Below are positions 27,199 through 32,000 of a stretch of DNA of 32,000 nt, piece after piece. The DNA is from Wolbachia endosymbiont of Cimex lectularius (GTDB taxonomy: Bacteria > Pseudomonadota > Alphaproteobacteria > Rickettsiales > Anaplasmataceae). The translations under genes and the position numbers were made by a program. The notes under the pieces were generated by a model that did no database searches, was not told the origin of the DNA, and saw nothing but the letters and a program-made list of their open reading frames with translations. Every line of letters begins with the position of its first letter. The first letter of the stretch is position 1. The DNA lies in NCBI RefSeq assembly GCF_000829315.1, contig NZ_AP013028.1:450001-482000 (forward strand). The letters run 5' to 3'.

Positions 27199-27948
27199 AT
27201 GGCTGGTCATTCACAATTTTCAAATATAAAACACCGGAAAGGCGCTCAGGATGCAAAGCGCTCTCAAAAATTTACGAAGCTCATTAGAGAAATAACAGTT
27301 GCTGCAAAGCAAGGGCTGCCTGATCCTGAACTCAATCCACGTCTTCGTTCTGCTATATTTGCTGCACGTAAGGAAAATTTGCCAAAAGATAAAATAGAAG
27401 CAGCAATAAAAAACGCAACTGGTAGTGTTGCAGGAGAAAATTATGAGGAAATACAATATGAGGGCTATGGACCTTCTGGCACTGCACTTATTGTTCATGC
27501 TCTAACGAATAACCGCAACCGAACTGCTTCTGAGGTGCGTTATATATTCTCTCGCAAGGGTGGAAATTCGGGAGAAACAGGAAGTGTTAGCTATCTTTTT
27601 GATCATGTAGGCTTAATCGTCTATAAAGCAGAGGGCGCAAACTTTGAAGATTTGTTTGATTACGGAATCGAATTAGAAGTATTGAATGTTGAGGAAAATA
27701 ACAAAGAAGAATTGTATGTTATAACCTGTGAAGTAAAGAATTTTGGTAAAGTGCGTGATGCTTTTTATGCAAAATTTGGGGAGCCAGAACTTGCTCGTCT
27801 TTCATGGCAACCAAAGGATCTGATTGAAGTTAGCGATAAGGAATTAATTGATAAATTATCTGCATTGGTCGAAGAGCTCGAAGATAATGATGATGTACAA
27901 TACGTTGAAGGTAATTTTACTTTTGCTGGTGATAATTTTGCCGCTTAA
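27199..27948 (+). CDS. YebC/PmpR-family transcriptional regulator
   Basis: MAGHSQFSNIKHRKGAQDAKRSQKFTKLIREITVAAK... is the canonical YebC N-terminus. The ORF track starts two codons earlier, at TTG 27193. Confidence 0.9.
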   Translation: MAGHSQFSNIKHRKGAQDAKRSQKFTKLIREITVAAKQGLPDPELNPRLRSAIFAARKENLPKDKIEAAIKNATGSVAGENYEEIQYEGYGPSGTALIVHALTNNRNRTASEVRYIFSRKGGNSGETGSVSYLFDHVGLIVYKAEGANFEDLFDYGIELEVLNVEENNKEELYVITCEVKNFGKVRDAFYAKFGEPELARLSWQPKDLIEVSDKELIDKLSALVEELEDNDDVQYVEGNFTFAGDNFAA

Positions 27949-27951
27949 GTT

Positions 27952-28941
27952 ATGAAACTAATCGTATTCATACTACTTTTTATTTTACCGCTGCACACCA
28001 TTGAGGCATCCGCAGATCTCTCAGTATCATTCCAGCACGGAATCAGGAAAAAAAAAGTCATAGATTCAAGTAGTCAAGCTGTTCTGATAAAAGAAAGCAA
28101 CGTAGGAAACTTAGTACATGATAAAAGGTTGTTATTCATATCTAGTAACATAAAATCTTCCTTTTTCGCCACAGGAATTGAACAAGGTTTGGCGCAAAAT
28201 ACAGTAATGAGATTAATCGACATATATAAAGATTTTGGTATAGACTTTAAAAAAGATATCATGCCAGAGAGTAAATTGGAGGTTCTTTTTGAGGGATTGC
28301 CTAATAATCAGAAGACTGAAGAAAAAATTTTATACACCTCACTGACAACAAACAAAAAAGCTACTCGTCTATATCATTATAAGTCACAAAACGGTCAAGA
28401 GGGATATTTTGATAAAGAGGGAATAAGCCTAAGAGGTAGCAAATCTTTTACAAATCCTTTGAGTGGAGATTATCGTATATCTTCGAAATTTGGGAATAGA
28501 AAGCATCCTATTTGCGGTAAGGTTGTTTTTCACAAAGGAGTAGACTATGCGGCTAAATTTGGTACTCCTATATACGCTGCTGCAGAAGGTGTAATAGAAT
28601 ATATAGGAAATAACGGAGGATATGGTAAGTACATCAAAATAAAACATAAAAATGGTTATTCAACCTGCTACGCACATATGAGTAAATTTAGTAGTGATGT
28701 GAAATTAGGCTCCAAAGTAAAGCAGGGACAGGTTATCGCTTATGTTGGTAGCACTGGTGTTGCCACAGGACCCCATTTACATTACGAGATTATATATAAC
28801 GGCAAACACGTTGATCCGCTTACAATAGCGCATAAAAACAAAGTGATGCTACTTGATCACGGATTAAGAGAGTTTAAACTATTTGTAAATAAGATAGATA
28901 AAACGGTCAACAGGGAGAGTTTAGGTGAAAAAGAAGTTTAA
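27952..28941 (+). CDS. M23-family (LytM-type) peptidoglycan endopeptidase
   Basis: 329 aa with a signal peptide and the motifs HKGVDYAA...GTPIYAAAEG...GYGKYIKIKH...STGVATGPHLHYEI. Confidence 0.9.
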   Translation: MKLIVFILLFILPLHTIEASADLSVSFQHGIRKKKVIDSSSQAVLIKESNVGNLVHDKRLLFISSNIKSSFFATGIEQGLAQNTVMRLIDIYKDFGIDFKKDIMPESKLEVLFEGLPNNQKTEEKILYTSLTTNKKATRLYHYKSQNGQEGYFDKEGISLRGSKSFTNPLSGDYRISSKFGNRKHPICGKVVFHKGVDYAAKFGTPIYAAAEGVIEYIGNNGGYGKYIKIKHKNGYSTCYAHMSKFSSDVKLGSKVKQGQVIAYVGSTGVATGPHLHYEIIYNGKHVDPLTIAHKNKVMLLDHGLREFKLFVNKIDKTVNRESLGEKEV

Positions 28942-29794
28942 AGACAATATTGATAAGAATACGATAAATGATAGAAATTTAAGTCAACTCCGGGTTTTTC
29001 CCGTACTAATAGTGCTAGGATTAATTTTATCGGTACTTTTTGTAGCATATGACAGTACAATTGCACTTGGAATTGCTGCTATTTCAGTGTTGTTTTTTTC
29101 TCAAGGGTTTTTCATCAATAACCCCAATGAAGCGAGGGTGGTAGAATTTCTTGGTCGTTATATTGGAACTTATTTTAAACCTGGGATGTTTATTACGCTG
29201 CCATTTTCAACAAAACATGCTGTTTCTCTGAAATTTCAGAATATCAACACAGAAAAAATTAAAGTAAATGATGCAAATGGAAGCCCTATAGAGATTTCAG
29301 TAGTGATTGTTTGGAGGGTAAGCAGCCCCGCAAAGGCATATTATAATGTGAATAATTATTATGAGTTTGTTTTCGTGCAAAGTGACTCAGTAATTAGAGA
29401 ATTGGCGAGCAATTACCCGTACGACAGCGAAAGCGATGAGGAATCTTTACGTAAAAATTCTGATAAAATTTCAGGTGAATTGCGTTCAATGTTACAACAA
29501 AGACTGGATATTGCGGGAATTGAAGTTACAGAAGCGAGAATATCGCATTTAGCGTATTCTTCTGAGATTGCACAAGCAATGCTGAGGCGTCAACAAGCAC
29601 ATGCTATTACCTCTGCAAGAAAGCATATAGTGCAAAATGCAATAGGAATTATCGAGGAGGTAATAGCCCATTTTGAAAAGAATAAAAGCATACAATTGGA
29701 TGGAAAGCAAAAGGTTCAACTGATAAATAACCTGCTAGTTGCCCTTATTTCCGAACAAGATGCACAACCAACAATTAGCTTAGATAATAATTAG
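28925..29794 (+). CDS. SPFH/band-7 domain membrane protein
   Basis: 289 aa with an N-terminal TM pair followed by an SPFH-like domain (EARVVEFLGRYIGTYFKPGMFITLPF...VNDANGSPIEISVVIVWRV...AQAMLRRQQA). The GTG start overlaps the M23 gene by 17 nt. Confidence 0.75.
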   Translation: MKKKFKDNIDKNTINDRNLSQLRVFPVLIVLGLILSVLFVAYDSTIALGIAAISVLFFSQGFFINNPNEARVVEFLGRYIGTYFKPGMFITLPFSTKHAVSLKFQNINTEKIKVNDANGSPIEISVVIVWRVSSPAKAYYNVNNYYEFVFVQSDSVIRELASNYPYDSESDEESLRKNSDKISGELRSMLQQRLDIAGIEVTEARISHLAYSSEIAQAMLRRQQAHAITSARKHIVQNAIGIIEEVIAHFEKNKSIQLDGKQKVQLINNLLVALISEQDAQPTISLDNN

Positions 29795-29814
29795 TACAGA
29801 AGCTCAACGAAAAG

Positions 29815-30455
29815 TTTACTTGACAACCTTCGCCGTCACCCTTATAATGATACTGGAGTTATTTGTTTAACTTCCCAATCTGTGCAGGTTAAAATGACAA
29901 GAAAACTTGTATTTGGCGTACTATGTGCACTGCATGTCTTTTTAAAAACTTCGGGTTTTTACCCATACAAGCTGAAACGCGCTTATAAGTCGTTTAAGAC
30001 ATCACCCAACGCCGGATTTTAAAATAGAGAGTGGAATAACTAGCTACCTCGGGGTTTTATTGTCCTTTTTTTCTGCCTGGTAAATTTCTTAAATATTATA
30101 GCTTAGACTAGTTGCGTTTAAGGCATAAAAACGCCAATACTAAAAATAAATACCGACCAGGGTTTCTTTTGCTTTTTTCTCTGTTTAGTAAATTTTTTAA
30201 ATATTTATAGCTAATTGCAATTTATGAACGAATATTTGTTTTTACAACAAATGGTGTCATTCCAGCGCGTGACGCTGGAATCCAGGAACTTTATTAGGCT
30301 AGTGAGCATAAAAGTTATGTTAAAATGCACCATTTTTATGGAAAACTGGATCCCAGTGTCGGAGCACTTGGATGCACCCTCTTGGCAGCACAATGTTTGT
30401 ACGCTCTTCCTGAGTATTCCCATCTGCGTTTCTCCTCAAAATTTTTTACCATAAA
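29815..30455 (+). repeat. Composite intergenic repeat, copy D (sense strand is plus)
   Basis: Contains the promoter block, the unique block, two shortened sub-repeats (ending ~30092 and ~30200), hairpins at 30259-30281 and 30350-30374, and a far-end block CATCTGCGTTTCTCCT (30421-30436). Confidence 0.8.
29820..29848 (+). promoter_or_regulatory. Perfect consensus sigma70 promoter at the edge of repeat copy D
   Basis: TTGACA (29820-29825), exactly 17 nt (ACCTTCGCCGTCACCCT), then TATAAT (29843-29848). It begins 26 nt after the stop of the SPFH gene. Confidence 0.6.
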
Positions 30456-30464
30456 TTAATTATG

Positions 30465-31043
30465 CTAGAGATCTAATGCTAATTTAAAAGGTGTCTTATT
30501 ATCATTGTTTCTAGCATTAATATCAGCTCCTTCTTTTATGAGAAGCTCAATTAGATCTAAATTACCTTCCTTAGCAGCATAGTGTAGTAATGTATTACCG
30601 CTATTACCCTTTGCTACAGCAAGAAAAGTTACCACCTCTCCTTGTGCAATCTCGAAAGGTGCCTTGTTTTTATTGTTTCTAGCTCTAATATTAGCTCCTT
30701 TACTTATAAGTAGTTCAGCTACATCCTCTGCATCAAAGAAAGCAGCTGTGTGTAATGGCGTCCAGTCAATATTGTCCCGAGCATCAACATCAGCACCATT
30801 GTCTACAAGGAATTCAGCTACATCTTTTGCATTAGAGATAGCAGCCGCATGCAGCGGTGTCAGGTCTTCATTGTCTTTAGTATTAACATCAACATCTTCT
30901 TTTACAAGAAGCCTAGCTAGATATAAATTACCTTCTTGAACAGCGTAGTACAGCAATGTATTACCGCTGCTATCCTTTGCTGCAGCAAGAATTCTTGCAA
31001 TTTTGTCATCATATGTTTTAATATCAGCAGTGTGCTTTTTCAT
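30465..31043 (-). CDS. Ankyrin repeat protein
   Basis: 192 aa with four or five canonical ANK repeats (GNTLLYYAVQEGNLYLARLLVKEDVDVNTKD, LTPLHAAAISNAKDVAEFLVDNGADVDARD, WTPLHTAAFFDAEDVAELLISKGANIRARN, GNTLLHYAAKEGNLDLIELLIKEGADINARN). The frame stays open upstream to ~31199, see findings. Confidence 0.9.
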   Translation of the reverse strand: MKKHTADIKTYDDKIARILAAAKDSSGNTLLYYAVQEGNLYLARLLVKEDVDVNTKDNEDLTPLHAAAISNAKDVAEFLVDNGADVDARDNIDWTPLHTAAFFDAEDVAELLISKGANIRARNNKNKAPFEIAQGEVVTFLAVAKGNSGNTLLHYAAKEGNLDLIELLIKEGADINARNNDNKTPFKLALDL

Positions 31044-31495
31044 GAAAGCTTCAATTGCTGCTGGCCGTTTTTTTGGTACATCGCCTAAAGTATATTGTTG
31101 ATCACTAACGGTCTTTATGATTTTGTCATTGTGTTTTTGAATATCAGCAGCTTGTTTATAACTGTTAATTTGTTCTAGAAAATCTTCATCTGTTTCCTTT
31201 CATAAAAAGCATTATTAGATTTCTTCAGCTCCATAATTTTTACCTCTGTCAATTAACCTTGGTTTTTCTTTGGCATTCTAAAACGCATCACTACTAACTT
31301 AACAATACATACCATTATTATTTAGATAATACAACCATTTTGAGCAACAAAAACCTAAAGAAAGGGTAGAGAACAGGAAAAGTGGCTGCTTGGAGACACT
31401 ACTCGTTTTACGCAGTAACATGTTGGCATAAATTTTTTACTTCGGTAGTTTTTTCATTGTCACTATAATTATAGTAGTAATTAAGTTGGATAGGT

Positions 31496-31822
31496 ATGAA
31501 AGCTTTTGCAAAAAACCTTAAGAGTAAGGAAAAAAAGCTGGAGGAATTCAATGAAGAAATTGAAGATATAACCACCTTAGCTCAAGATAAATTTGCGCAT
31601 GAACTTGAAAATATTGCATACGATAGCATGCAAAAATTTCGCAGTTTGCTTACTCAAGAGTTAAACACCATCTTCAACAATATCCATTCTCAAAATGTTA
31701 ACTCGCTGAAATCCAGCCTAGTTGAATATGCTATAAGTTCAAATTTTATCAATAAAAAGGGAGAAACAGCTTTAATACGCTCTCTCCTCAATGTAGTAGA
31801 ACATACGATAAAGAACTTATAG
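31496..31822 (+). CDS. Hypothetical small helical protein
   Basis: A 108 aa ORF with a charged, coiled-coil-like N-terminus. No recognisable motif; supported only by ORF length and position. Confidence 0.35.
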   Translation: MKAFAKNLKSKEKKLEEFNEEIEDITTLAQDKFAHELENIAYDSMQKFRSLLTQELNTIFNNIHSQNVNSLKSSLVEYAISSNFINKKGETALIRSLLNVVEHTIKNL

Positions 31823-31982
31823 CAAATCAAGAGTTTCAAGCACTTAGGGTTGCTACATGCAGATTTAACTTAATATTAAATGCGAGAAATTTAGCTAAGA
31901 TGAGTTTACCTGTGATTTATTTACAGCATAGATCCAGCGGTTGGGATAACGAGTTTTAGTCATACATAAACGGGAGGTTATT

Positions 31983-32000
31983 ATGTCTACTTCACCAAAA
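31983..32000 (+). CDS. Possible 5' end of a CDS running off the window
   Basis: ATG at 31983 is preceded by GGGAGG at a suitable spacing. Only 6 codons (MSTSPK) are visible. Confidence 0.25.

Noticed and set aside
29887-30024. 45-aa ORF just downstream of the copy D consensus promoter (MTRKLVFGVLCALHVFLKTSGFYPYKLKRAYKSFKTSPNAGF)
   Set aside because: The equivalent ATG in copy A runs into a stop after about 11 codons because of an indel. The reading frame is not preserved between copies.
30211-30454. Pair of antiparallel ORFs in repeat copy D (MQFMNEYLFLQQMVSFQRVTLES... and MGILRKSVQTLCC...), the latter preceded by AGGAGAAACGCAGATG
   Set aside because: The MNE(H/Y)LFLQQ start and the SD-like AGGAGAAACGCAGATG recur in other copies. 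However, the downstream frames are not conserved: 12 aa in copy A from 5902, about 24 aa for the MNEH frame in copy A, and 66-79 aa elsewhere, with unrelated sequence. They are more likely conserved nucleotide or RNA features than genes.

Overview
AT-rich Rickettsiales chromosome segment. Gene content, ankyrin genes, IS type and palindromic repeats look typical of Wolbachia (Anaplasmataceae). Housekeeping blocks, mostly on the minus strand: an AsmA-like gene and rnhA; coxB-coxA-ctaB; a HlyD-type T1SS adaptor; fabG; an M48/TPR protease; ribB-greA-atpA-atpH; dnaJ; tRNA-Arg(ACG); bamD-yebC-M23 peptidase-SPFH. Three dispersed monocistronic TrbC/VirB2 pilin paralogs lie among them. The left 5.7 kb is an accessory, prophage-like island. 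It holds two tandem RelE/ParE-antitoxin modules, a decayed terminase large-subunit gene cut by an IS5-family element, an ankyrin-like membrane protein and a large HEXXH protein. The most unusual content is non-coding. A composite intergenic repeat occurs in four copies (about 5870-6780, 14225-14690, 24960-26300, 29815-30455). Each copy starts with a sigma70-type promoter, a perfect TTGACA-N17-TATAAT in two copies, that fires into the repeat and away from the adjacent gene. Copy C carries, in the sense orientation, a 635-nt ORF-less group II intron (25147-25781, minus strand) with a textbook domain V. Copy A holds the matching intron-less site at 6002/6003, which pins the intron boundaries. Other structures: a perfect 40-bp inverted repeat, a perfect 24-bp inverted repeat upstream of coxB, and homopolymer frameshifts in the IS transposase and an ankyrin gene. 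All calls come from reading the sequence and ORF translations by eye; no database search was run.
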